This document shows, piece by piece, positions 51,624 through 64,000 of a stretch of 64,000 bases of DNA. Position 1 is the stretch's first letter. Each line of letters starts with the position of its first letter. Origin of the DNA: Octopus sinensis (lineage: Eukaryota); the NCBI RefSeq assembly GCF_006345805.1, contig NC_043007.1, positions 36,270,001 through 36,334,000 on the forward strand, given 5' to 3'. The translations under genes and the position numbers were made by a program. The notes under the pieces are model-generated. The model was not told the origin of the DNA. It saw only the letters and a list, made by a program, of their open reading frames with translations, and did no database searches.

Positions 51624-51860
51624 GTGTGTGTATATATTGTATATATATGTGTGTGTGTGTGTGTGTGTATATATATGTGTATATATATGTATATATGTGT
51701 ATATATATACATATATATATACATGTATATATATGTATATATATATATCTGTATGTATGTATGTATGTATGAATGTATGTATGTATATATGTATGTCTAT
51801 ATATATGTATATATATGCAAGTATGTATGTATGTATGTGTGTATATATGTATGTGTCTAT

Positions 51861-51896
<36 letters not shown>

Positions 51897-52225
51897 TATA
51901 TGGTGTTGTTTTGAGTTGACACTGCACTGCAAATTAAAACTGGCTGTAATTACTGTTTCAATGTGTGACTGCACATATATGTGTATATGTGTTGGGCATG
52001 TATGTTCGTGTGTGAGTGTTGTTTGACTGTTTCTCTGTGATCGGGCGTGTGTATGTGTGTGTTTGTATATGTGTGCGCGTTTGTGTGTATGTGTGTGTGT
52101 CAGTGTGCGTGTGTGTTTGTTTTGACGTGTTTTTAATGAACTTAATTTCTCTATGTATATCTGTAGCAGACGAGTGGACAACTTCATACACGAACACAAA
52201 TCACTAATACATACATACATGCATT

Positions 52226-52263
<38 letters not shown>

Positions 52264-52762
52264 CGCACATTCATACATACATACATACATACATACACAC
52301 ACACACACGCACACACACACACACACACATACATACATACATACATACATACATACATACATACATACATACATACATACATACATACATACATACATAC
52401 ACACAAATACATACATACATACATACATACAAACGTATATACATACATACATACATACACACACATACATACATACATACATACATGCATACATACATAC
52501 ATACATACATACATACATACATACATACACACATACATACATACATACATACATACATACATACATACATACACGCGCGCATATATATATATATATATAT
52601 ATATGATGGTGTCATTGTCATGCATACGCATATATCATATTTATATTCCCTGTCATCAACCCATTAAAAAAGCTTTCTGACATTCTTTCTAATTATATAC
52701 AAGTACCGTATACATATGTGATGTACATACATTGATAAATTATTTCACACACACTCACACAC

Positions 52763-52825
<63 letters not shown>

Positions 52826-52835
52826 TATATATATA
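51476..52835. repeat. (TA)n/(TG)n/(TACA)n fields
   Basis: Seen directly; source of the spurious 385-aa ORF. Confidence 0.95.
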
Positions 52836-53253
52836 TAAAGGACCATTTTTGAAGCGCACCAGGTTGATGAACCATCTGTAAAGGATTACCCGAATACCGA
52901 AATACAACGATGATATTTCTGGAACCAAGCATCCTTATACATGGATACACTTAAAGATGATGGAACTTTCTCACCGTTTCCAGATAAAAGCAGTACGTAA
53001 CTAAACCACGAATGGACTCTTGGAATACAGCTGAGTTCGATCCTACGCACAAAGAAAGAACTAACATAATTCTTCCTACAACATATCCAAGATCCGAATG
53101 GAATTATATTAGAAAAAACAATTAGGATACCTGTTCTATATTTTTTTTAAAAAAAGAATGTAGCATCCTTTTCTTTCCTTTTCATTTTCCGCTCATGGTA
53201 TCGTTTTAAAATTATTATTATTAATATCATTATTATTATTATTATTATTATTA

Positions 53254-53286
<33 letters not shown>

Positions 53287-54392
53287 GACACTATGTCGAT
53301 ATAAACAAGCTATGGAGTTCGATTCGTGAGTCATTGATTAACCAACGAATTCTCTACTCTGTGTTTATATGTTTTTGCATATAACTTGAAGATCTGTTGC
53401 TAACTATTAATCGGCAAAGCTTCCAAAATGTGCTTCCTTCGCTGTGCGTTCTTTTCTTGCCCACTAGAGGCTGTTGTTTCCACAAATATCAACCCCTAAA
53501 TCAAGTGATTACCTAATCTACCTACGAAGTTATTGATTGTATTTAAACGCAGTTATATATAATTTACGTTCTTTTATGCCTGATGTGCAAAACTTTGTGC
53601 ATGTAATTTGTTTGTATTGCACCCTTTTCTACATATTAGACTTCTTTTTTTTGTTTTGACAATTCAGTATTCATCCAGGATTTCTCAAAACTATTCTTTC
53701 TTTGAATTAGTTTATTTGAACCCCGCCCGAGAAGGTTCACAGTTTCGTTAGCAAGAAGATTCTCCTTCTTATGTGATTTATATGACGACATATGAAACTT
53801 CGAAAATATAAACGTTTGTCCTTGGCTAGAATTTCAACCATGTTTGAAGCAGCTGTCATCATTGTGAAAGAAATATCTGGAACTGAAGTATGTGAAAGTC
53901 GTAAATATTAACGTGATCCTTTTATTCAAGACTGAATCCACTTAGTTTACACCTAAAACAATGTTTTACAGATTATTTAATACTCCACAGAGCACTTTGA
54001 AGTATTGAGCTCCTTAAAATGTGGCTTGAAACAATAAACGGTGTACCTAAAACTGAAAAGAAAAGTCTAAAATCCGAGGAAATTAATAATGGCCTACATC
54101 AGCTAAAAAGAAAAAGAAATACTTCTCAAATCTTCAAAGAGGAACTCGGCTCGAAATATCAAAATTCGTTTCTTTTTACGACGCATGTATATGTCTTCGG
54201 TTAAGCAATATAGCAAAAAAATTTTTTGAAATTATGTATGCGCATAAACATATAGTGTTAATTTACACCTAACTTTCACTACTGTTATTTCTTCGTTCAT
54301 ATGATGCTCGCAAAACATTTTATTGTTTTATTTGAAATATATTTAAAATTCTATAACAAAACTTGAAAAGTGTTTCAGTTCTTGATAGCGTT

Positions 54393-55397
54393 ATGGATTT
54401 CATTAACGCAACTGCAAACCTAACCAACAAAAACTACCAAACGGTCAACTTGTCATATCATAATTTTATATTCTTAACGGTAAATCTGCTACTGGCACCA
54501 TTCATAATTGGAGGAAACTTCGTGGTTATCAGATGCATCGCTACATTTCCTCGTCTACACACCGTCTCCAACATATTTGTGTCCAGTCTGGCTGTAGCTG
54601 ATCTTTTTGTCGGACTTCTTGTGATTCCATTCTATTCGATGCATTATTTGGAACTGGAAGGTTTCGCTGAGAGCAAATACACATGTCTTTTTAAATACGT
54701 TTTTATCATAGCCTCTTGCGGATCGTCCATATTCAATCTTTCCGCCATAGCATTTGAACGTTTCGTAGCAGTTACTTTTCCATTTCGTTATGTCACTTTG
54801 ATCACGCACAAAACGGCCAAAGTAATTATTGCTCTTTTGTGGATATACGTCTCCGTCCTCAGCTTAACTCCTCTGTTCGGTTTGAATACCTGGCGACCGG
54901 ACGTCCACTGCGATTTTTATCAAGTACTTCCAAGGGCCTACATCGTATGGGCTTCTTTTACGACGGTATCCTTTGGCATAATATCCATCACTTTGTTCTA
55001 CATCCTAACCTACAGAGAAATACGTAAGATGCCACCACCGCCAATGATTCAATCGAAAGAAGCTATATCTCAAAAGAAAAACATACGAGCTACTTATGTG
55101 ATGTGCGTCGTGTCGGTGACCTTTCTGGTCTTCTGGTTGCCTTATCTTATCGCTGGACCACTCGTATATATACCATCTCTTGACAAACACAGCATTGAAC
55201 TGATCAAAAACTATGCCCTTTCTTTGGGTATCAGTAACTCTGTTATTAATCCATTTTTATACGGGTGTTTACGGAGAGACTTCGCTGAAGTTTTCAGGAA
55301 GTACTTCTCTCTGCCGTGTCTGAAACGAAAACGCAGAAGCGTGGGTCCAGGTTCAAACGGACCGACTGAAAACAGTTTTCCCTTATCTGAAAACTAG
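54393..55397 (+). CDS. Intronless rhodopsin-family (class A) GPCR, 334 aa, orphan or adenosine-receptor-like
   Basis: ATG at 54393 to TAG at 55397. Seven hydrophobic segments with class A motifs: GN (TM1), LAVAD (TM2), Cys3.25 and ERF (TM3), Trp (TM4), Cys in ECL2 (HCDF), FWLP (TM6), NPFLY (TM7). N-terminal sequons NAT, NLT, NLS. Possible splice acceptor tttcag ending at 54378, just upstream. Confidence 0.95.
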   Translation: MDFINATANLTNKNYQTVNLSYHNFIFLTVNLLLAPFIIGGNFVVIRCIATFPRLHTVSNIFVSSLAVADLFVGLLVIPFYSMHYLELEGFAESKYTCLFKYVFIIASCGSSIFNLSAIAFERFVAVTFPFRYVTLITHKTAKVIIALLWIYVSVLSLTPLFGLNTWRPDVHCDFYQVLPRAYIVWASFTTVSFGIISITLFYILTYREIRKMPPPPMIQSKEAISQKKNIRATYVMCVVSVTFLVFWLPYLIAGPLVYIPSLDKHSIELIKNYALSLGISNSVINPFLYGCLRRDFAEVFRKYFSLPCLKRKRRSVGPGSNGPTENSFPLSEN

Positions 55398-56394
55398 TTA
55401 AATCTACAACAAACTGGCTAACAATTCCTCGAAAGTTCACAGATATAACCATATATGTTTTAAAGGCTCACGCAGAACATAACTGAATTTATACACAAAA
55501 CCACCATATTTCATAACAATTCAGTAAGCATACACCAGGAACACGACTCACTCTATAAAAATTTGAACGGAGAAAAATAACACAACCCGTCAGTGTATTG
55601 TCATAATCTTCCTAAAGAATATTACTATTATAATTATTATTATTATTATCATTGTTGTTGCTATTGTTATTCCTATTATTTTTTCTGTTGAATCAGTTAG
55701 ACGTGTGTTCGATTGCCAGTCGAATTACACGCTAAACTGAGCGGATTTTTTCTTATGCGGACTATGTTCCAAGAGAGGTAGGGGTTCTTTTGTATTTCAT
55801 TTCTTGTTATTTTTTGAGTAAAAAAAAAAAAATTAATACGCCAAACAAACTTTTTTGTTATCAGTCATTTAAAACATAGTAACTTAAGCAAAGTACTTCC
55901 CCAAAATTGCAACAAGAAATGCAAGAAAAACAAAACACATGTTAACAATATAACAGACATTTCTAGTTTTGAAAATGCAGAAAAAAAATGCAATTTTCAG
56001 ACAGATATTTTAACACAAATTTTCATACGATGACACACACACAAGCAGTGTTAACAAGAAAGTCTAACAATAAAAGGAACTGCTCGTTACTTAGTAATGA
56101 AAAAAGTTTTAAATATTAGTCGGAAAAAAGAGAACAGTGTAGAACTTTTATTTAAGAAAAAGAAAAAGTATATTATCAATGATTCGTAAACGTGAAAGGG
56201 GTTTTCATCTGAAAATAGTCATGATCGATGTATGGAAAATATGGTTTGCATCAATGGGTATATGAGTGTGGGTTTGGTTTTCAATGAGGGTCGGTGAATA
56301 GAATAAGCAGTTTCCATTGTATTACTATGACTTGAAGCGCGCCTATGTCTATCTTCAGAGGTAATAAATCAATGCCTTAAAAGACATAGTCATA

Positions 56395-57271
56395 TTCTTT
56401 TATTCTTTTTTTCTTTTATTTGTTTCAGTCATTTGACTGCGGCCATGCTGGAGCACTTCAGTCGAGCAAATCGACCCCAGAATTTATTCTTTGTAAGCCT
56501 AGTACTTATTCTATCGGTCTTTCTTGCCGAACCGCTAGGTTACGGGGGCGTAAATACACCAGCATCGTTTGTCAAGCGATGTTGGGGGAACACAGACACA
56601 CAAACAGATATATACATACATACATACATACATACATACATACATACGTACGTACGTACGTACGTATGTATGTATGTATGTGTGCGTGCGTGCATGCATA
56701 CATACATACATACATACATACATACATACATACATACATACATACATACATACATACATACGTACATACATCGACCCCAGAATTTATTCTTTGTAAGCCT
56801 AGTACTTATTCTATCGGTCTTTCTTGCCGAACCGCTAGGTTACGGGGGCGTAAATACACCAGCATCGTTTGTCAAGCGATGTTGGGGGAACACAGACACA
56901 CAAACAGATATATACATACATACATACATACATACATACATACATACATACGTACGTACGTACGTACGTACGTATGTATGTATGTGTGCGTGCGTGCATG
57001 CATACATACATACATACATACATACATACATACATACATACATACATACATACATACATACATACATACATACATACATACGTACATACATACGTACATA
57101 CATACATACGCACATACATATACGACGGGCTTCTTTCAGTTTCCGTCTATCAAATCCACTCACAAGGCTTTGGTCGGCCTGAGGCTATAGTAGAATACAC
57201 TTGCCCAAGGTGCCACCCGAAACCATGTGGTTGGTAAGCAAGCTACTTACCACACAACCACTCCTGCGCCT
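56395..57271 (-). mobile_element. SINE family A with an internal 300-bp tandem duplication
   Basis: The block starting at 56470 recurs at 56770. Confidence 0.9.
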
Positions 57272-57697
57272 ATATAATCACTCCATTTTTTACCAATTAC
57301 AAATGAGATAATAGACACATTCCTTAATTGCCATAAAGTTTTTACTACTTGATTAAACAACTAAGACTGAGTAATTAACTCAAGTTTTCTGCTCACTTTT
57401 GTATAAAATTATACTCATTAGTATTGCTGCGGCGATAATTAGTAGATTATTATAATTTTCGGCGTGGAAAATGATTTTAGGCTTATTATGTACTATTTGT
57501 TAGTCACATGGTCGTTTTCTGCAACACGTAAGGGTCAATATAAGAACCACATAGTTTTGTCCTGGAAGTTAAAACTGAGAGTCTATGCGTACGTAGAAAG
57601 GCTTTGTTATATCATTGCGTCTCAAAGAATATTTTGTCGGGACTTATGTAGGATATCCTGATGCAATGTGGAAGCAATTAGAAATGATGTGCGAATG

Positions 57698-57924
57698 AAG
57701 GCGGCGAGCTGGCAGAATCGTTAGCACGCCGGGCGAAATGCTTAGTAGTATTTCGTCTGTCTTTACGAAATCAAATTCCGCCGAGGTCGACTTTGCCTTG
57801 CATCTTTTCAGGGTCGATTAAATAAGTACCAGTTACGCACTGGGGTCGATATAATTGACTTAATCCCTTTGTCTGTCCTTGTTTGTCCCATCTGTGTGTA
57901 GCCCCTTGTGGGCATAAAGAAATA
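57698..57924 (+). mobile_element. SINE family B monomer
   Basis: 18-bp TSD agaaatgatgtgcgaatg at 57680-57697 and 57925-57942. Confidence 0.9.
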
Positions 57925-58138
57925 AGAAATGATGTGCGAATGGCTTTTTTTTTTTATACGGCGCCGTTTTTACACTCCTATAAATAATAATAATGGTATT
58001 TTTATATAAGCTTAAAGCTTATGGCGATCACCGTGCAATGATCAAGGAAAAATAGTCTAATAAAAGGGCATATAAGCCCTCGACAGAAAAAAGGTGGATA
58101 GGAAAGCCTTCCTTTTTTCTATCGAGGGTTTACATACC

Positions 58139-58351
58139 CCTTGTTTGTCTCCTCTGTGTTTAGCCCCTTGTGGGTAGTAAAGAGATAGGTATTTCGTCTG
58201 TCTTTACGTTCTGAGTTCAAATTTCGTCGACTTTTCCTTTTATCCTTTCTGGGTCGATAAATTAAGTACCAGTTGCGTACTGGGGTCGATATAATCGACT
58301 GGTCCCCTCCCCCAAAACATTTCGGGCCTTGTGCCTAGAGTAGAAAAGAAT
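58139..58351 (+). mobile_element. SINE family B, 5'-truncated dimer
   Basis: Tail of one unit followed by a headless body with the alternative tail. Confidence 0.8.
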
Positions 58352-58570
58352 ATTGTTCACTACATCAGTATACCTTTACGGTTGTTCACCACGTTTGTTT
58401 TATATGGTGTTCACCACGATAGACCTTATAAACTTTCATTATATCTTTCAACTTCATCTTGGTTGACTACTGTGCCATAAGTATATCCGTTTTACTGTTA
58501 CCTAAGATTAAGATTTTAGATGCTTGAAACCTTATTCGATTTCTCGTGAAATTTTTGTTGGTATGGATAT

Positions 58571-58858
58571 ATATTTCTTTATTACTCACAAGGGGCTAAA
58601 CAAGGGGGGGGACAAACAAGGACAGACAAAGGAATTGAGTCGATTACATCGACCCCAGTGCGTAACTGGTACTTATTTAATTGACCCCGAAAGAATGAAA
58701 GGCAAAGTCGACCTCGGCGGAATTTGAACTCAGAATGTACGGCAGACATTCGCCCGGCGCGCTAACGTTTCTGCCAGCAGACATTCGCCCGGCGCGCTAA
58801 CGTTTCTGCCAGCAGACATTCACCCGGTGCGCTAACGTTTCTGCCAGCTCGCCGCCTT
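58571..58858 (-). mobile_element. SINE family B with a triplicated 35-bp head segment
   Basis: gcagacattcgcccggcgcgctaacgtttctgcca three times at 58742-58846; TSD tttttgttggtatg. Confidence 0.85.
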
Positions 58859-59893
58859 TTTGTTGGTATGTATATAATCGACCTGTAGCCTCTGCATCAT
58901 AATCAACAATGACCGGTTGCAGGCCTTTCTGTGAGTTGGAAAAATTGTGGACAACATTCACCCTTAAACAGCAGACATCATCAACCGATGTTTCAAAAAT
59001 TTTACATGGATACGTCTACCACCAAACGGAAGTGAATATTTTATGGCACTTTTCGACGATGAGATAGTAAATTTATGTGTATATGTGTGTATACAACTAT
59101 CAACAAAGTAACAGTCATCTATACATACACATGTACACACACACAGACACGTCTACACACTTTCCTAAATACTCACACACATATGTATGTACATACGTAC
59201 ATACTTACATCATACATACATACATGCGTATAGGCATGCACACATGCATACGCATGTACACATATGCATATGCACATACATGTACACACATACGCACACA
59301 CATACATGCATGCATACATACATACATACATACATACATACATACATACATACATACATGATGGCTGCCCCTCGTTATCGAGTATGGCCATTGCACGAAG
59401 CTTAACTGTTACTGGTGCTGTGATCGAATGTAACTTTTTTGCCCAGCTAAAGATCTACAATGTCTTGTACAGAATTGGCAACTAAAACCTTTACCGGCAA
59501 TAGCCGGCTGTAGTTGTAACTGGGCTTCATGTACCTTTGCATGTCGTTTAAGTCATCCATATATATCATGAACTAACTGTTACTTTCTCAGATGCAGCAC
59601 GGAATTTTGTCAGTGAACGGGTCGCAGTCTCAAAGCGACGAAAATATTTAGACAAATTAAATTCAAATGTTAAAGTGAATCTGACGGTTTTTGTATGTTT
59701 CTTAAATGGCTTATAAACATCTTCCACGCTGCAAGAGTAAATTTCATTGTGCGAGAAACAAAAATTTCTTGTAAATAAGTATAAAAATTACCCTTAAGAA
59801 AATAAGACTTTTGTAGGATTTATTTTCTTTTTGGGGCCCGTTTGGCTCACACATTCATGCAACCCTTTCCGTCGTTTACGGGTTAATAACTTT

Positions 59894-60101
59894 TGTTGTG
59901 TGTAGTTTGTGTTCTAATGGGATAGACAACCAATTGAAAACCATTGTTATTGTTACGTGTTTATTTGCTTTACATGGTACACAGACTCGACTTCAGCGTA
60001 GTGATACATTATATACTTTACACACAGTTCACTAACAAAATAGTGCCAAGAGTGGGGATGTAGTTTGGCATACGCAAACACATATATATGAATGTGTAAC
60101 A
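59894..60101. mobile_element. Solo LTR
   Basis: TGT...ACA ends with flanking 5-bp acttt; homologous to 63124-63330. Confidence 0.65.
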
Positions 60102-60337
60102 ACTTTCATTTTCAACTGCTCCCTGTGGTTCAGTAGTCTCTTTGCACCGTTTCTTCTAAGGACATACTCAGTGGTGTAGATAAGATTTGTGCTGCCCAGA
60201 GTGGTTCTTCAGTATGTCGACCCCACAACATGAAAACCACCCACGCCCCGAATGTGCAACTTCTTCAGAATGGATCGGTCCTTTCTCCACTTTTAGCTTC
60301 GCTAGTGGACGCACAGTGAAACTGTGTTAGATTTATT

Positions 60338-60745
60338 GAATCTTTTCGATTTGACGGCAGTTTTTCTAGTGGTGTCATATGAAATTGTCACCCATAATTA
60401 TGACCCTAGTCTTGATCTGTTGCATTTCAATCTGTTTTAGGGTTAGGGTTAGGGGTGGGGGAAGGGTATCTTTTTTTTCTTCAGAAATGTAAATAAACCC
60501 AATGTGTTTCTTAAACGAGGGACATATTCATACAGCACAATGTTTTCTCCTCAATAGACGTCATTGATTGGTTGAAATTGCAGAAATTGAAGAAAAAAAA
60601 AATATCTTACAAACTATAGAATTTTCTCAATAAAGCCAAGAGAAAAAGATGTTTTATAAACACTTTCTACCAGTATACGAAGTTTAAAAGTGTTTAGTTA
60701 CGTGGAAATTATTTTAAAAAACTGCCGGTCAAACCGAAAAGATCC
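60338..60745. mobile_element. MITE with ~28-bp TIRs and 8-bp TSD (Merlin-like), carrying (TTAGGG)3
   Basis: TIR g(a/g)atcttttcg(a/g)tttgac..gcagttttt; TSD gatttatt at 60330-60337 and 60746-60753. Confidence 0.8.
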
Positions 60746-61286
60746 GATTTATTGTGTAGTATGCGCTTTTTTTTAAAAATTTCTAGTAGAATTTTATGGA
60801 ATCTAGATATTTTACGTTCCATTCCAGCCCAATGTACAGAGCCATATGTTATGATTGGCACTGCAGGGTAGTTATGCTATTTAGGCAGATTAAAAAAAAA
60901 AATTTTTTCAACTGTCAAAATATTCAGTTTTAATTCTTGTTCGCACAACATTTAGACACACACACACACACACACAGTTTTATTGATATTTCAGCCCGAG
61001 TATTTGTAGAAGGCGGAATAGTCCAGTTTTTCTGTTATCTCTCTCCCATTTGAGAATTTATTTTTGTTTTTTGTTTTCATTTTATGCGAATGTGTTTACT
61101 GTAACATCACGAAAATCTGTGTTAGTTGGGTATAAAAGAATTTCGTTTCATTGTTTATGACTGGGTTATCACTTACACACTTTTATGTTACTGCCCAGTT
61201 TATTGTTACTTTTGTAAACCGTATAAACTGTATTACTAAATTGACTGCGTTTTATGTAGTGTGTGCTATGTAAGTTATGGTATTTA

Positions 61287-61722
61287 GGCAATCTTTCGTC
61301 TCTAGTAGACCTTTCCGTCGATTTCCGTAAAAAAATTTTTTTTTTTTACGTATGGGCTTGCAGGAACTTTTGAAGTAATGAGAGCGAAAGAGACTAAGAG
61401 AAAGCGATTGTATAACGAGGGAAATTCTTTTGAAGTTACCGTGCATGGGACGCATTGATGTACATGTGTGTGTGTGTGTGTGGTGTGTGTGTGTTTGATG
61501 GGGTGTGGGAGACAGACAGTATGTTGTGTAAGTGAAGTGCTTCTGTTAGTATGTGTGAAGAGACAGAGTAATGTGTGAATGAAAGAGATAACTGAAATTT
61601 TTTACTCGGTGTATGTGTATATGTATGTATATTACTTCAAAAGTTCCCGCAAGCCCATATGTAAAAAAAAAAAAAAATTTACGGAAATCGACGGAAAGGT
61701 CTACTAGAGACGAAAGATCGCC
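61287..61722. mobile_element. MITE with ~90-bp TIRs and 8-bp TSD (Merlin- or Mutator-like)
   Basis: ggcaatctttcgtctctagtagacctttccgtcgatttccgtaaa... with its reverse complement ending 61722; TSD ggtattta at 61279-61286 and 61723-61730. Confidence 0.85.
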
Positions 61723-61792
61723 GGTATTTATTATATTGAGGATGTTCTGTACGTGAAACTTGTGATATTTTATGTATATATTTGTATTTTGT

Positions 61793-62129
61793 GAGGGCGC
61801 ATGGCTCAATAGTTAGAGCGTCGAGCTTACGATCGTGAGATTGTGAGTTCGATTCCCCGACCGGGCTGCGTGTTGTGTTCTTGAGCAAGACACTTTATTT
61901 CACATTGTTCCAGTTCACTCAACTGTAGAAATGAGTTACGACGTCACTGGTGCCAAGCTGTATCGGCCCCCTTGTCTTTCCCTTGGATAACATCAGTGGT
62001 GTGGAGAGGGGAGGCAAGGTTGTTTATGGGCGACTGCTGGCCTTCCATAAACAACCTTGCCCGGATTGAGCCTGGGAGGGTAACTTTCTAGGTTCAATCC
62101 CACAGTCAGTCATGACCGGAGCGGGGCTC
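61793..62129 (+). mobile_element. tRNA-derived SINE (head like the 357 copy, different tail)
   Basis: tggctcaatagttag and gagttcgattccc boxes; central ttgagcaagacactttatttcac domain. Confidence 0.8.
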
Positions 62130-63123
62130 AATATTTGTATTTTATGTACAATTGGCATGAAGTCACTCGTCAAAATACTCTAGCCTCTGTTCTACATACT
62201 GCCTTTTCACTCTACTTTTTCTACAGTAGCCTCTACCCCTCCGAATTATGCACTCTAGTGCCGTCTCCACTCGATCATTCTGATTCACTGCTTCTGATCT
62301 CTATATAGTATCAAGCATCGAAGCCCTTTTTCGTTCAAGTCTTTCTTATTAAAACTGGAATTCTTTCCCGACCGATATATATATTTTTTATCTTTAGTCT
62401 TCGACTCGTAACAATATTTGTTCGTAACTTCATCGCAGTTTATCTCCAATCGAAGTTCTAACTCGAACCAAACCTCAAACATTTTAACAGACGCATAACT
62501 CCTGCTGATGTTGACTCGCTTTTCCAAGCGCCAAAATATTAGCCTGTCGACTTGTTCTGGTCAATGCGTCTTCCTCCAGTCCACCACCTCATATTTCCTC
62601 GATGTAGTATCAACTACCTCGCGGTGTACATCATGATGACAAGCGTTATCCATGCATGCCGACACAACCTTCTTGCATCACACTTCGGTCAGAATACCCC
62701 TCAACACCAGTAGCTTTCTTAGAAATAACCAAAATGCACAGGAGCTTTGAGAGAAGAACTTCCTCAGGAAACCGAGAACACAATGGAAACAATTCTTCTA
62801 TGTGGTCATTTCGTTTGATGACCGAGTAGAAATCACTGTATATTAAAGCGATTCAGCATTCAAAAACGAGATTGAAACCTGGTATACTATGGAACGTTGT
62901 CAGTTATCAATGGTCGACTTCATAGCAATTGGCTTGATCTAAAGCAGATAGTGGCCCCATCAAAGCCATGTTTATTTCATGCCTCACCTCGAGGTGGAGA
63001 CTAGTGTGGATAGATCTATTAAGAGTCGCACTTTCGACAAGCGCCAATCTCTTCGCAAACACCTCAGCGAAAATCGTAATCTCTGATTCATGGAAACTTT
63101 GAAGTCTTTTGTATATTACTTTC

Positions 63124-63330
63124 TGTTGTGTGTAGTTTGGGATGGACAACCAAATGAAAACCATTGTTATTGTTACGTGTTTATTGACTATTCATGATAC
63201 ACGGACTCGACATTCAGCGTAGTAATACATTGTATACTTTACACACAGCTGTACTGTTCACTGACAAAATAGTGCCAAGAGTGGGGATGTAGTTTGGCAT
63301 ACGCAAACACATAGATATGAATGTGTAACA
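63124..63330. mobile_element. Solo LTR
   Basis: TGT...ACA ends with flanking 5-bp ctttc. Confidence 0.65.
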
Positions 63331-63519
63331 CTTTCGAAAGGTTTAACATTTGATGTCCCTTGTTCATGCCCTTCTTCAGTAGCACCAGAATCACATTCCG
63401 GTTAACACATCTGGAAATGTTTCTAATCAGTTGCCACTTACGATAGACGTCTCTCAAGAGAAGGGCGAATATATCTCACATCTCCCCATAAAACTTGTAA
63501 ACCATCCAATAACGGTTTC

Positions 63520-63965
63520 TGATTTAGGCAAAGGCCAACAGTTTTGAGTGGACGAGTTTAGTCGATACTATCGACCACATTATTTGACAGGCATTTTATT
63601 TTAACGATAAGGAAGACGAAGTTGAATTAGGCAGGATTTTAACTCAGAATGTAAGCAGTGGGAAGAAATTCGACCATCCAATAATAATTTCTAAGACTGG
63701 AACAAAACCATAAATTTTAGGTATTGGTTAGTCAATTAAACCGACCCGAATGCATGACTAGTACTTTTTTTTATCGACTTTGGGATGACAAAAGGCAACA
63801 TTTACCTTAATGGTATCCAAGCTTAAAAAAACAAAACAAATACCTTTCTAAAACTCCAATCAAATTACATCGACCGCAGGATGAAAAGTAGAAGCGAGCT
63901 CGGAACTTAGAACGTAAAGCCGTAAAGAATGGTTCTAAGGACTTTACTAATGATTCTGCCACTGT
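63520..63965 (-). mobile_element. Highly decayed family B SINE units
   Basis: Remnants such as aactcagaatgtaa, cgacccgaatgcatgactagtac and catcgaccgcaggatgaaa. Confidence 0.5.
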
Positions 63966-64000
63966 ACCACCAATCTAATCCAATGATAAAAATAATAATT

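Noticed and set aside
51474-52680. 385-aa and other YVCM/HTYI ORFs
   Set aside because: Translations of (TA)n, (TG)n and (TACA)n.
54363-54392. TTG start for the GPCR given in the ORF track
   Set aside because: Eukaryotic gene; the first in-frame ATG is 54393 and a likely acceptor lies at 54378.
55200-55262. GPCR as an opsin or amine receptor
   Set aside because: Position 7.43 is Ile, not Lys, and 3.32 is Ile, not Asp.
60438-60455. Chromosome end or telomere fusion site
   Set aside because: Only three units, inside a TIR element.
59894-63330. One full-length LTR retrotransposon
   Set aside because: Each repeat has its own TSD, the outer flanks differ, and no PBS or pol motifs are seen.

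Overview
AT-rich eukaryotic DNA, very probably from an octopod cephalopod (inferred from the tRNA-derived SINE families and the extreme microsatellite load). Most of the window is repeat: three SINE families, RTE and R4/Dong LINE relics, Penelope-like fragments, mariner, hAT, piggyBac-like and Merlin-like DNA elements, non-autonomous Helitrons, two solo LTRs, and long (TA)n, (CA)n, (TACA)n, (TAGA)n and (CAT/CAC)n tracts, with a 100-N gap at 25410-25509. One gene is clear: an intronless class A GPCR CDS at 54393-55397 (+). A second, multi-exon + strand gene of unknown product is supported by a 1234-nt open exon with good splice sites (28986-30219) and a 23-nt micro-exon (28776-28798); weaker candidate exons upstream include one that looks like a signal peptide. 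Most worth following up: that gene, whose last two detected exons can be read in two frames; three minimal hammerhead ribozyme motifs; an 83-bp target-site duplication around a SINE; a hAT element resembling primate MER1/Charlie3; a dense cluster of promoter/insulator motifs; and a roughly 2-kb tandem duplication that may be an assembly artefact. I cannot show a new biological system from sequence alone. No database search was run, family names come from motif recognition, and most repeat boundaries are approximate.
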